64,000 nt of DNA, from assembly GCA_963749915.1 (NCBI GenBank), contig CAVVOP010000017.1:1-64000 (forward strand), in the 5' to 3' direction. Source of the stretch: an uncultured cyanobacterium (GTDB taxonomy: Bacteria > Cyanobacteriota > Cyanobacteriia > Cyanobacteriales > Cyanobacteriaceae). The translations under genes and the position numbers were made by a program. A model generated the notes under the pieces. It saw nothing but the letters and a program-made list of their open reading frames with translations. It was not told the origin of the DNA and made no database searches. The stretch's first letter is position 1, and each line of letters begins with the position of its first letter. Positions 43,061 through 52,495 of the stretch are shown piece after piece.

Positions 43061-43216
43061 ATGAAAACCCAAGTTAAAAATAACAACTATAATTTAGAAC
43101 AGTTACAAAAAGCTTATCAAGCGGATCAACAACTTAAATATATGAGTTTAGAGACAGAATTAGAACTTCTTTTGCATCAAATTCAGATAGGGAAAACAGT
43201 GAATAATGAACGATGA
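43061..43216 (+). CDS. 51-aa small protein missing from the ORF track
   Basis: MKTQVKNNNYNLEQLQKAYQADQQLKYMSLETELELLLHQIQIGKTVNNER*; amphipathic helix, co-oriented just upstream of pdxJ. Confidence 0.65.
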   Translation: MKTQVKNNNYNLEQLQKAYQADQQLKYMSLETELELLLHQIQIGKTVNNER

Positions 43217-43268
43217 ACAATTAGTTATCTAAGTTTAGGGATTAATTCAAAAGAAAGGAGAAGATAAA

Positions 43269-43988
43269 TTGTTAACATTAGGGGTTAATATTGACCATGT
43301 TGCCACTATTCGTCAGGCTAGACGTACAATTGAACCTGATCCGGTTTCAGCGGCCATGTTAGCGGAATTAGCAGGTGCTGATGGTATTACTACCCATTTA
43401 CGGGAAGATAGACGCCATATTCAAGATCGAGATGTACGTATTTTGCGCGAAACTGTTCGAACTCATCTTAATCTGGAAATGGCTGCTACCGAGGAAATGA
43501 TTGCCATCGCCCTTGATATAAAACCTGATTATGTCACCCTAGTACCAGAGAAAAGGGAGGAAGTGACAACGGAAGGTGGCATCGATATAGTCAAAAATCT
43601 TGACAGATTCACCGCTGTAGTAGATCAGTTGCAATCGGCTGATATTCCTGTGAGTTGGTTTATTGACGCGGATGAGGCACAAATTACTGCCGCCGCTAAA
43701 ACTCAAGCTAAATTCATCGAATTGCACACAGGTAAATATGCCGATGCCGTTAGTGAAAACTTGAGAAAACAAGAGTTAATTACTTTGCAACAAGGAGCAA
43801 AACAGGCTCTGGAATTGGGTTTAAGGATAAATGCAGGGCATGGTTTAACCTATTGGAATGTTTATCCTGTGGCTTGCATTCCGGCCATGGAAGAATTGAA
43901 TATAGGACATAGTATAATTAGTAGAGCAGTTTTAGTTGGTTTAGAACGTGCTGTTAAAGAAATGAAACAAGCTATCATAAACCGTTAA
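43269..43988 (+). CDS. pdxJ: Pyridoxine 5'-phosphate synthase
   Basis: [41 protein letters not shown]. Confidence 0.98.
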   Translation: MLTLGVNIDHVATIRQARRTIEPDPVSAAMLAELAGADGITTHLREDRRHIQDRDVRILRETVRTHLNLEMAATEEMIAIALDIKPDYVTLVPEKREEVTTEGGIDIVKNLDRFTAVVDQLQSADIPVSWFIDADEAQITAAAKTQAKFIELHTGKYADAVSENLRKQELITLQQGAKQALELGLRINAGHGLTYWNVYPVACIPAMEELNIGHSIISRAVLVGLERAVKEMKQAIINR

Positions 43989-44034
43989 CAATTAATAGCT
44001 CCTTTTTTAGTACATACAATAATTAAATAGATTT

Positions 44035-44367
44035 ATGACTACTTATTATTATCTTGTCGCTAGTGAAAATTTTTTAACCAGTGATAGTGAAAATCTACAC
44101 GAAATTTTGGACGAAAAACGCCGATTCTATAAAGATAAAAATACAGAAATTGACTTTTGGTTTATCAAACAACCTGCTTTTTTAGATGCTCCAGAATTGG
44201 CAGAAATTAAAGCGGAATGTCCTCAACCTGCCGCCGCTGTTATTTCTTTGAATAAACAATGGATTACTTTCTTAAAATTGCGTTTAGAGTATGTCATCAC
44301 AGGAGAATTTCAAGCTCCTTCCGATACTATTCCTGATGCTTTAGCGTCCTCAGCTGTAACGGTTTGA
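44035..44367 (+). CDS. ycf54: MgPME cyclase auxiliary protein Ycf54
   Basis: TYYYLVAS..FL, IDFWFIKQPAFL, ITFLKLRLEYV. Confidence 0.92.
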   Translation: MTTYYYLVASENFLTSDSENLHEILDEKRRFYKDKNTEIDFWFIKQPAFLDAPELAEIKAECPQPAAAVISLNKQWITFLKLRLEYVITGEFQAPSDTIPDALASSAVTV

Positions 44368-44388
44368 TAATTAATTATTGATCTCTAA

Positions 44389-44412
44389 CCCCCAAATTTG
44401 GGGGATTTTTTT
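44389..44412 (+). terminator. Probable intrinsic terminator after pdxJ-ycf54
   Basis: CCCCCAAATTTGGGGG palindrome followed by ATTTTTTT. Confidence 0.6.
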
Positions 44413-44465
44413 GATAAAAATAGGAAAATAAGAAAGAAAAGAAAAGGACAATATAATAGTATAAT

Positions 44466-46622
44466 TTACACGATTTCATAAACGAAATTAAATGTAACCC
44501 AGTGGTTTAAATCTAAGGCATAAACATCACTTAAATTACTAACTAAATTATTACTAATATTACTACCAAAATGTAAATCTTCTAAAACAGCTTTAGTAAT
44601 CATGATCGGATTCTCTAATAAAATTATTTGTTCCGTATCTGGTTTCAGATTAGTATTTCTATATAGTTGATTAAGGGTTTGATGAAAGGGTGATTTCGCA
44701 CAAATTAAAATTAATTCTCCTATGGCTTTATCAGCATTAACTATCCATTTTAAAGTATTAGAATTTTCTGGAATTGTTATGGTTTTTTTCGTATTAATCA
44801 TCCCTCCATTAGGCAAAAAATAAGTGAATGCTAGTCGAGAAGAATTAATTCCTAGTAATAAATAGTATAAATCATAATCATTTTCATTATCAATAGTAAT
44901 AGTAAATTCACTGCCAAAAGGAATATTTATTAATAACTGTTTATCAGGAGTAGAATATTTTTTAAAGGAATTATCAACAGATTTAAAGTTGCTAGAACTA
45001 CTTTGATAATGAGTTACTTTAATTTGATTATTTTGAAGGATATCTAACTTAAGATTAACGGGTAAAAAGGACGAATATTGATTAAAAGTTAAGTTTAATA
45101 ATTTTTGTGTTAAAGCAATTTTCAATGAAGGTATTAAATGTTTAACAGCAGAAGAAACCGCCTCATTATCCGCCTTTGGATTCGTATTCGCTAATAAAAT
45201 ATCTGCAGAGGTGAATAAACTATAACCATCAATGGAAGTATTTTTATCGGTAAATTTACCAAAAATTAAATCGACGAAGTTATCCTCTACATTAACTACA
45301 GATTCTATCTCATTAATTGCACTTAAAGCGCTAGTAGCGTCGACTTTTTCTATTTTTTCAAGGCTATCATCAAAAGCAATATTTAAGCCAGTATTTCGGT
45401 CGATAACCCTTAAAGATTCCCGTAAGATTAAACCAGGATGAATTGAGTTTTTATTACTTGTAATCAAAGTACCTTTTGCCTTATTTCCTAGTAAAGAATT
45501 TATTTGAATAGTAACAGTTTTTCCCGCCTCAATGTTAGTTGTAAAGCACGAATTTAAGCCATAGTTTAATAATAGTAATAATGATAACCCAACTAATTCT
45601 AATTCTATTATATTTGGTTCAATAATATTAGTGATGACCGCATCCCCTTGATGACGAAAAGATTCTAGGGGTAAATGATAGGGTAAATGATTGGTTTTAT
45701 TATCGTCTTGAAAATTTAATCCCCCACTCTTCCCTCTATATAAAGCTATCTGGGAAGCAACTTTCTTCATTAATGTTAAGTTATCGGTTAAGGGCAAATT
45801 TTCCCATAAAGATTGAGTTAAACTATAAGTAAATAAGCCAACATTAAAGTTAATACTTCTAACTTCTAAGGCTAAACCATCCACAAATGGCCCTAAGATT
45901 AACCCTGATAATTCACTATTTTTTTTATTAACTAAAGTTTTGTTTCGATTATCTTTTTGTAAATTTTTATTAAGGATTAATTCCCTTTTACTAATAACTA
46001 AATTACTTTGAGATGGGTAGGCTCGGGATAATAGTTGATTACCAACAGATAGAGGAAAAGAATTAAAACTTGTATCGAAAATAAAGGTATATTTATTAGT
46101 TTTAAAAGATGATGCTAATTGCTTAAAAGTGTCTAATAAAATATCATCAACAATATAACCCTCCGATTTAATACTATCATGGGTAATTAAACTATTAACC
46201 TTCGTCAAATCACTTTCATTATTATTCAATTTTACTTGTCTGCCATAACCACTAAAATGAAAAATCACCACATCATTATTTTCAGCTTGTTTAACTAAAT
46301 GCTCTTCAAAAGCTGTTAGAATATTTTCCCTGGTAGCCTCACGATCGATTAGGGTAATAATATTATTCGGTGAAAAATCGAAACGGTGAATCAATAGTTC
46401 TTTTTGTAACTCAACATCAGTAGTGCATCCCCGTAAACCCCTCCCCTGAGAATATTGATTAATGCCGACTAATAAAGCTAATTTTCGTGAAGTCGATGCA
46501 CTTAAAATTTCGCCATAGGCATTTAAGTGATATTTAGAAAGAGAGATATTACCCCAAAATCCTCCTAAGGAAGCGATACTTAAACCTGCACCTTGCAAAA
46601 AATTACGTCTGGAAAATTTCAT
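44466..46622 (-). CDS. Tat-exported caspase-family (C14) protein with substituted catalytic dyad and C-terminal DUF4384-like domain
   Basis: SRRNFL Tat motif; KLALLVGINQY, LRGCTTDV; FHFSGYG (His to Tyr) and IFDTS (Cys lost). Confidence 0.85.
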   Translation of the reverse strand: MKFSRRNFLQGAGLSIASLGGFWGNISLSKYHLNAYGEILSASTSRKLALLVGINQYSQGRGLRGCTTDVELQKELLIHRFDFSPNNIITLIDREATRENILTAFEEHLVKQAENNDVVIFHFSGYGRQVKLNNNESDLTKVNSLITHDSIKSEGYIVDDILLDTFKQLASSFKTNKYTFIFDTSFNSFPLSVGNQLLSRAYPSQSNLVISKRELILNKNLQKDNRNKTLVNKKNSELSGLILGPFVDGLALEVRSINFNVGLFTYSLTQSLWENLPLTDNLTLMKKVASQIALYRGKSGGLNFQDDNKTNHLPYHLPLESFRHQGDAVITNIIEPNIIELELVGLSLLLLLNYGLNSCFTTNIEAGKTVTIQINSLLGNKAKGTLITSNKNSIHPGLILRESLRVIDRNTGLNIAFDDSLEKIEKVDATSALSAINEIESVVNVEDNFVDLIFGKFTDKNTSIDGYSLFTSADILLANTNPKADNEAVSSAVKHLIPSLKIALTQKLLNLTFNQYSSFLPVNLKLDILQNNQIKVTHYQSSSSNFKSVDNSFKKYSTPDKQLLINIPFGSEFTITIDNENDYDLYYLLLGINSSRLAFTYFLPNGGMINTKKTITIPENSNTLKWIVNADKAIGELILICAKSPFHQTLNQLYRNTNLKPDTEQIILLENPIMITKAVLEDLHFGSNISNNLVSNLSDVYALDLNHWVTFNFVYEIV

Positions 46623-46700
46623 GATTGAGTTTTGCCGCTAAAATGGATACCAATAGCTATCTACTAAATTAATCCTATCAAAATAACGATCTCTTATAAT

Positions 46701-46955
46701 CGAATGGCACTGACTTAAGGTTTTTCTCGTGCCGCAGCTAGTGGTCTGTCAAGATAGTTTTGAGGGACTGGGAACGGATAATTTTGGATTTTGGAGGATT
46801 GTTTTATCCCTCATTTCAAAATTGGCAGACCACTAGCTTTTGTTTAAGAATTGCTCGAGGCTCGTTCATCAGAGGAAAAGCCTTCGGACGTCGTTTTCGT
46901 TTTCTGAGAGATATCTTTCAAATTTTAATTTGGGCCGTCAGGGGGGGGATCGCAA
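46701..46955 (-). pseudogene. IS4-family transposase 3' remnant with terminal repeat, interrupted by a MITE
   Basis: Minus strand reads RKRKRRPKAFPLMNEPRAILKQKL and, once the MITE is removed, continues RHEKNLKSVPF; CGAATGGCACTGACTTAAG end at 46701-46719. Confidence 0.65.
46740..46834. mobile_element. MITE-like element, copy 2
   Basis: AGTGGTCTGTCAA...TTGGCAGACCACT terminal inverted repeats, AGCT direct repeats (46736-46739, 46835-46838); reverse complement of copy 1 minus one TTTTGGA unit. Confidence 0.85.
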
Positions 46956-47035
46956 TCTGTAGGTAAAACTTTGACAACTATTGATTGTCTGCTACCATTG
47001 TAAATGAAAGATTTAAAAAGTAGAAAATCAACATC

Positions 47036-48328
47036 ATGATCTCAAAGGTGATCAATACTTTCTTTAATCTGTTCAAGCAAAAATTAAGATTTATTAGCCT
47101 TTTATTTTTAATAGTTTTTGTAATCTTGGCTGTATCTAATTTAAGTTCAAGTCAAGAACGGATAAAAATTACAGTAATGCTTCAAGCACTAGAGGCTCGC
47201 CAATGGCAGTCTTTGGTAACAAAATTTGAACAGGAAAACCCAGATATTGAAATAGAAATTATATCTGCACCGAATGCCACTAATTTAGTAGAAGACCTTT
47301 ACACTTCAGCTTTTTTATTAGGGGATTCTCCCTATGATTTAGTGTATCTCGATATTGTTTGGGTGCAGAAATTCGCTGCCGCAAAATGGTTAAAATCCCT
47401 GGATGAATTTGTTACCGACAGTGAACTTCAAGCATTTTTAAAGGGGGACATTGAAGGGGGAAAATATCAAAATGTCCTTTATCGAATGCCTTTCCGTTCT
47501 GATGGTGGCATGCTTTATTACCGAAGTGATTTACTGGCAGAAAATGGTTACAACCCTCCCGACACTTTTGAGGAATTAATGACCATTTCCCTAGATTTGC
47601 AAAATAAAAATGTTGCCCGATGGGGTTATGCTTGGCAGGGACGACAATATGAAGGACTCTCCGCTATGTTTGTCGAAATTTTAGAAGGATTTGGTGGTTT
47701 TTGGATTAACCCCAACACCTTTGATGTAGGTTTAGATTCTGAAGAAGCGATTGCCGGGGTCAAATTTTTATTGAAAACTATCGAACAAGGTGTTTCACCC
47801 CCGGGAGTAACTACTTATGCAGAAGAAGAAACTCGCCGACTTTTCCAAGGAGGAGAGGCAGTATTTTTGCGCAATTGGCCTTATGTGGCCGGTTTAGCGT
47901 CACAATCGGAAATAGCAGGTAAATTCGCCCTTAAGCCAATGGTACACCAAGCTAATCATCAAAGTGGTGCTTGTCAGGGTGGGTGGGGTTTTGGCATTTC
48001 CGCTTCGAGTCTTCATCCTCAAGAGGCATGGCGTTTTATTGAGTTTATGACTAGTGAAAAGAGTCAACGAGAATTTATATTGGAAACTGGTTATGTTCCT
48101 AGTCGGCGATCGCTATTTAACGATGCTAAAATCGTGGCTAAATACGATTATTACCCAGAATTGCTCAAAGTTGTTGAAAATTCTACCTTGCGCCCCCCCA
48201 TTGCTCAATATGCACAAGCATCGGACATTTTACAGCGATATTTAAGTGCCGCTTTAACCAAAACCATGATTCCTGAAAAGGCCATGTCCGCCGCCGCTAG
48301 TGAAACTAGGCGATTGTTAAAAAAATAA
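47036..48328 (+). CDS. Sugar (glucoside/maltose/trehalose-type) ABC transporter substrate-binding protein
   Basis: DIVWVQKFAA, GMLYYRSDLL, WQGRQYEGL, FLRNWPY; first gene of a CUT1 operon. Confidence 0.88.
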   Translation: MISKVINTFFNLFKQKLRFISLLFLIVFVILAVSNLSSSQERIKITVMLQALEARQWQSLVTKFEQENPDIEIEIISAPNATNLVEDLYTSAFLLGDSPYDLVYLDIVWVQKFAAAKWLKSLDEFVTDSELQAFLKGDIEGGKYQNVLYRMPFRSDGGMLYYRSDLLAENGYNPPDTFEELMTISLDLQNKNVARWGYAWQGRQYEGLSAMFVEILEGFGGFWINPNTFDVGLDSEEAIAGVKFLLKTIEQGVSPPGVTTYAEEETRRLFQGGEAVFLRNWPYVAGLASQSEIAGKFALKPMVHQANHQSGACQGGWGFGISASSLHPQEAWRFIEFMTSEKSQREFILETGYVPSRRSLFNDAKIVAKYDYYPELLKVVENSTLRPPIAQYAQASDILQRYLSAALTKTMIPEKAMSAAASETRRLLKK

Positions 48329-48407
48329 ATAGATAGATAGAAGGATAACACTTCAATTTTGCCCTCTGCCCTTCTTTGTATAACCCATAATTAATGTTTT
48401 TAATAAA

Positions 48408-49313
48408 ATGCCAATAACTAATCATGAAAAAGAGAAACAAACAGGATGGTTACTTATTACACCAGCTTTATTTATTCTAGCTCTAGTATTTATTTATCCC
48501 ATTCTTCGATCAATGTGGATGGGTTTTTTTCAGCAGAATTTAGGTACAGAATTAGAACCAGTTTTTGTGGGATTAAGTAACTATAATCGAATCTTCGGTG
48601 ATGGGCGTTTTTGGCAAAGTTTAACTAATACCACCGTCTTTTCTGCCATTAGTATTTTTTTCGAGTTAGTTTTAGGGATGATTTTTGCCCTTATTTTAAA
48701 CCAAGCTTTTTTCGGTAGAGGTTTAGTGCGCACCTTCGCACTCATTCCTTGGGCGTTGCCCACGGCAGTAATGGGTTTAGGGTGGGCATGGATTTTTAAT
48801 GATCAATATGGTGTCATCAATGACCTTTTGATGCGTTTAAACGTAATCCAAGATACCATAACATGGTTGGGTCAACCTACCACTGCGATGTTTTCTCTCA
48901 TTATTGCTGATATTTGGAAAACTACCCCCTTTATTGCCTTAATTTTGCTGGCGGGATTACAATCTATTTCCTCTGACTTATACGAAGCTCATCAAATGGA
49001 TGGTGCAAATTCTTGGCAGAGTTTTTGGAAAATTACCCTTCCCTTATTAACTCCCCAAATTTTAATCGCCCTTTTATTCCGCTTTGCCCAATCCTTCGGG
49101 GTGTTTGACTTAGTACAAGTAATGACAGAAGGAGGTCCTGCTGGGGCAACGGAAACTATCGCTATTTATATTTATGCCACTGTACGTCGTTATTTAGATT
49201 TTGGTTATGGGTCATCTTTGGTTACAATTACATTTTTAATACTGATTTTAGCAGTGGCAATTATTACCTTTTTCTTATCAAAAACACGGATTAATATCTC
49301 AGGAGAAAGATAA
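48408..49313 (+). CDS. Sugar ABC transporter permease (MalF-type)
   Basis: WKTTPF..LILLAGLQ, EAA loop LYEAHQMDGA. Confidence 0.9.
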   Translation: MPITNHEKEKQTGWLLITPALFILALVFIYPILRSMWMGFFQQNLGTELEPVFVGLSNYNRIFGDGRFWQSLTNTTVFSAISIFFELVLGMIFALILNQAFFGRGLVRTFALIPWALPTAVMGLGWAWIFNDQYGVINDLLMRLNVIQDTITWLGQPTTAMFSLIIADIWKTTPFIALILLAGLQSISSDLYEAHQMDGANSWQSFWKITLPLLTPQILIALLFRFAQSFGVFDLVQVMTEGGPAGATETIAIYIYATVRRYLDFGYGSSLVTITFLILILAVAIITFFLSKTRINISGER

Positions 49314-49316
49314 ATT

Positions 49317-50156
49317 ATGAGTGAAAAAACTAGCAAAGAAAAGCTAATATTATGGAGCGGTATTCTTTTCTTAATCGTATTTTGCCTTGCTCCAGTTTTA
49401 TGGCAAATTTTAACTTCTTTTAAAATCAATGAATCAATTATCAAAATTCCCACTGTTTATTTTCCTCACTTTGATCAATTGACCATTAATCACTATTACA
49501 GTTTAGGGATTATTTTTTTACGTTATATGGTTAATAGCACCATCGTTGCCCTAATTTCAACTATTCTTTGTTTGGCCATTGGTGCACCTGCTGCTTATAC
49601 TTTGTCACGGTTAAAAATACCAGGAGAAAATATTATTATCATTCTCATATTAGTAGTGAGTTTATTCCCTTATGTTTTGCTATTTTTTAGCTTATTAGAA
49701 ATTGTTAAATTTTTCAATTTAGGTAATAACTATTTATCTCTAATTATCCCCTATACGGCTATTAATTTACCTTTAACAATTCTCATTTTACGCAGTTTTT
49801 TCCTGCAATTACCCAAAGATTTAGAAGATTCTGCCCGAATGGATGGTTATCACACAATCCCCATGCTCTTAAAAATTATTTTACCTTTAACGACCCCTGC
49901 CTTAATTACTACGGGAATTTTAGCTTTTATCTTTGCATGGAATGAATTTATTTTTGCTCTAACTTTTATCACCAAAGAATCCTTACAAACTATTCCCGTT
50001 GCTGTCGCTAAAATTGGCGGTTCAAGTGTGTTTGAAATTCCTTACGGTCCAATGGCGGCGGCTACTATTCTTGGCACTTTACCCTTAATTGTTCTTGTTC
50101 TCACCTTCCAAAAAAGGATTATTCAGGGTATTACAGCAGGTGCAGTTAAGGGATAA
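49317..50156 (+). CDS. Sugar ABC transporter permease (MalG-type)
   Basis: LPKDLEDSARMDG, AWNEF, GITAGAVKG. Confidence 0.9.
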   Translation: MSEKTSKEKLILWSGILFLIVFCLAPVLWQILTSFKINESIIKIPTVYFPHFDQLTINHYYSLGIIFLRYMVNSTIVALISTILCLAIGAPAAYTLSRLKIPGENIIIILILVVSLFPYVLLFFSLLEIVKFFNLGNNYLSLIIPYTAINLPLTILILRSFFLQLPKDLEDSARMDGYHTIPMLLKIILPLTTPALITTGILAFIFAWNEFIFALTFITKESLQTIPVAVAKIGGSSVFEIPYGPMAAATILGTLPLIVLVLTFQKRIIQGITAGAVKG

Positions 50157-50214
50157 ATAATAATCAAAAATTAACAATTAATGATTAATAAATAAAATTA
50201 TAATCAACTATGTA

Positions 50215-51285
50215 ATGGCACTATTAAACTTAAAAAATTTACGCAAACAATTTGCACCAAATGTCATTCCCGTTAAGGACATTTCTTTAACAGTAAATGA
50301 TGGTGAATTTTTGACTCTTTTAGGCCCTTCGGGATGTGGAAAATCAACTTTATTACGTTTAATAGCTGGTTTAGAACAACCCACCAAAGGACAAGTGTTT
50401 GTCGGTGACACAGACTTAACTACCATAGCACCAGGCGATCGCAATATGGCAATGGTATTTCAAAGTTATGCCCTTTACCCTCATATGACGGTAAGGGAAA
50501 ATATCGCTTCCCCTCTCAAAATTCGCAAAACTCCCCCCATAGAAATAAAAAATAGAGTTAGTATGGTGAGCGAAAATTTAGGACTAACCGATTTACTCCA
50601 TCGTAAGCCAGGAAAACTATCGGGAGGACAACGACAACGAGTAGCTTTGGCTCGTGCCTTGGTGAGAAAACCAGAAGTATTTTTACTAGATGAACCCCTC
50701 AGCAATCTGGACGCATTATTGCGGGAACAAGTGCGGGAGGAATTAAAACAACTGTTTGAAAGCCAAAACAAGCCCGTTATCTATGTTACTCATGATCAAA
50801 CCGAAGCAATGACATTATCTACAAAAGTAGCTGTTTTATTGGATGGGATAGTTCAACAATTAGATCCGCCACACCGGATTTATAATCATCCTGCCAACAA
50901 ATTTGTAGCGGGTTTTGTCGGTAGTCCTCGAATGAATTTATTGTCCTTAAAATGTACAAAAAATCAGGCATTTATTGGCGATCATATCATTCCTTTACCC
51001 AATAATTGTTATGATTCAAAGATGATTTATTTAGGCATCCGCCCCGAAGATTTAACTTTAGCAAAGCAAGAGGATCAAGTTATTATAAAAGGAGATGTTT
51101 TTTTAGTAGAGAATTTTGGAAGAGAGCTATTAGTTAGTGTCAAAATTAGGGGTTCAAATGACGTTTTTCGTGTTTTACTTGAACCTTCATTAAGTTGGGA
51201 AAAAGATGGCATTACTTTAGCTTTAAATACCCGTCGTTCACACTGGTTTGACTCAGAAACAGAATTAAGGCTTTTTAATAGATAA
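50215..51285 (+). CDS. Sugar ABC transporter ATPase (MalK-type)
   Basis: GPSGCGKST, VFQSYALYPH, LSGGQRQR, FVAGFVGSP. Confidence 0.93.
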   Translation: MALLNLKNLRKQFAPNVIPVKDISLTVNDGEFLTLLGPSGCGKSTLLRLIAGLEQPTKGQVFVGDTDLTTIAPGDRNMAMVFQSYALYPHMTVRENIASPLKIRKTPPIEIKNRVSMVSENLGLTDLLHRKPGKLSGGQRQRVALARALVRKPEVFLLDEPLSNLDALLREQVREELKQLFESQNKPVIYVTHDQTEAMTLSTKVAVLLDGIVQQLDPPHRIYNHPANKFVAGFVGSPRMNLLSLKCTKNQAFIGDHIIPLPNNCYDSKMIYLGIRPEDLTLAKQEDQVIIKGDVFLVENFGRELLVSVKIRGSNDVFRVLLEPSLSWEKDGITLALNTRRSHWFDSETELRLFNR

Positions 51286-51568
51286 TCAATTCTTCATGAG
51301 TTTTTATGCTCTGTTGTTCTTTTTCTCCCTTGTCCACTTTACCTCCTTGTCAGCCTTGTCTCACCCCATTCTACCATTACTGTAAAAAAACTGCCCCTGT
51401 GAGGGGGATCACAAGGGTTATCGGTGAATAAGAGGCAGTAAATGTGAAGAATTGTTACAGTTAAAAATCGAGAAAACTTTATCGGAACCTGATTTAAAGA
51501 TTGAGAGTCTAAGAATTTTAGTCGAACTATGTTATAAAAATAAATATAATTAACGGTGAACTCGGATC

Positions 51569-52456
51569 ATGAAACTATTTAAGGATGCTCGTGATTATCA
51601 GATTCTATGTCTAACCTTATTTCTTTGTTTGGGTATTTTTTATCGAGATTGGACTTTACAAATACAAGGGATTTTTTTTACTATCGTTGCTTGTTTATTG
51701 ACTCAAATTGTCTTAAGTTCATGGGTTAAGTTAACAAATATTGAACCTGGTTTTATAATCAATAATCAACTAAATAATAAATTTTCTTGGTTATCGAAAT
51801 TGGATTTGTCTGGAGTTAAAAGTGCATTAATTACTGGTTTAGGTTTATCTCTACTTTTACGATCCAATTATTCTAATATTTTAATGTTGGCTGGTTTTTT
51901 AGCGATCGCTTCTAAATTTATTTTTAACTACCACCAAAAACACTTTTTTAACCCCGCCAATTTTGGCATTATTATCACCATATTATTCACCAAGTCTGCA
52001 TGGGTATCTCCGGGGCAATGGGGTAGTGATTGGTGGTATTTATTATTGTTTATTTGTACTGGTGCTATGGTATTAAATAAGGTGGGAAGATGGGAAACAA
52101 GCGCTATTTTTTTCGTCTTTTATGGAGGTTTAGAGGCTATCTATAATTATTATTTGGGTTGGAATTTTGAAGTCTTAACCCACCAATTAATGAGCGGAAG
52201 TCTATTAGTTTTTGCCTTTTTTATGTTGACAGATCCTCGGTCTATTCCCAACGCTAAAAATAGTCGTATTATTTGGGCGATAACCATTGCTTTTTTAAGT
52301 TTTATTTTGAAAGAAATTTTTTATATAAATAGTGGAGTCTTTTTGGCATTATTTATCATATCACCTCTAACTATTTTGTTTGATTTAATGTTTAAAGGAA
52401 GTCGTTTTCGTTGGCAAAAGTTATCCTTAAACAATAAATTAGAAGTCAATATTTAA
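51569..52456 (+). CDS. RnfD/NqrB-like membrane protein (orphan)
   Basis: SALITGL, KHFFNPANFG, FFMLTDPRSIP; multiple TM segments; no [S/T]GAT FMN-attachment loop. Confidence 0.8.
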   Translation: MKLFKDARDYQILCLTLFLCLGIFYRDWTLQIQGIFFTIVACLLTQIVLSSWVKLTNIEPGFIINNQLNNKFSWLSKLDLSGVKSALITGLGLSLLLRSNYSNILMLAGFLAIASKFIFNYHQKHFFNPANFGIIITILFTKSAWVSPGQWGSDWWYLLLFICTGAMVLNKVGRWETSAIFFVFYGGLEAIYNYYLGWNFEVLTHQLMSGSLLVFAFFMLTDPRSIPNAKNSRIIWAITIAFLSFILKEIFYINSGVFLALFIISPLTILFDLMFKGSRFRWQKLSLNNKLEVNI

Positions 52457-52495
52457 TAACTTTAATTAATCATTATCTATCTACCAAAAAAAAAT

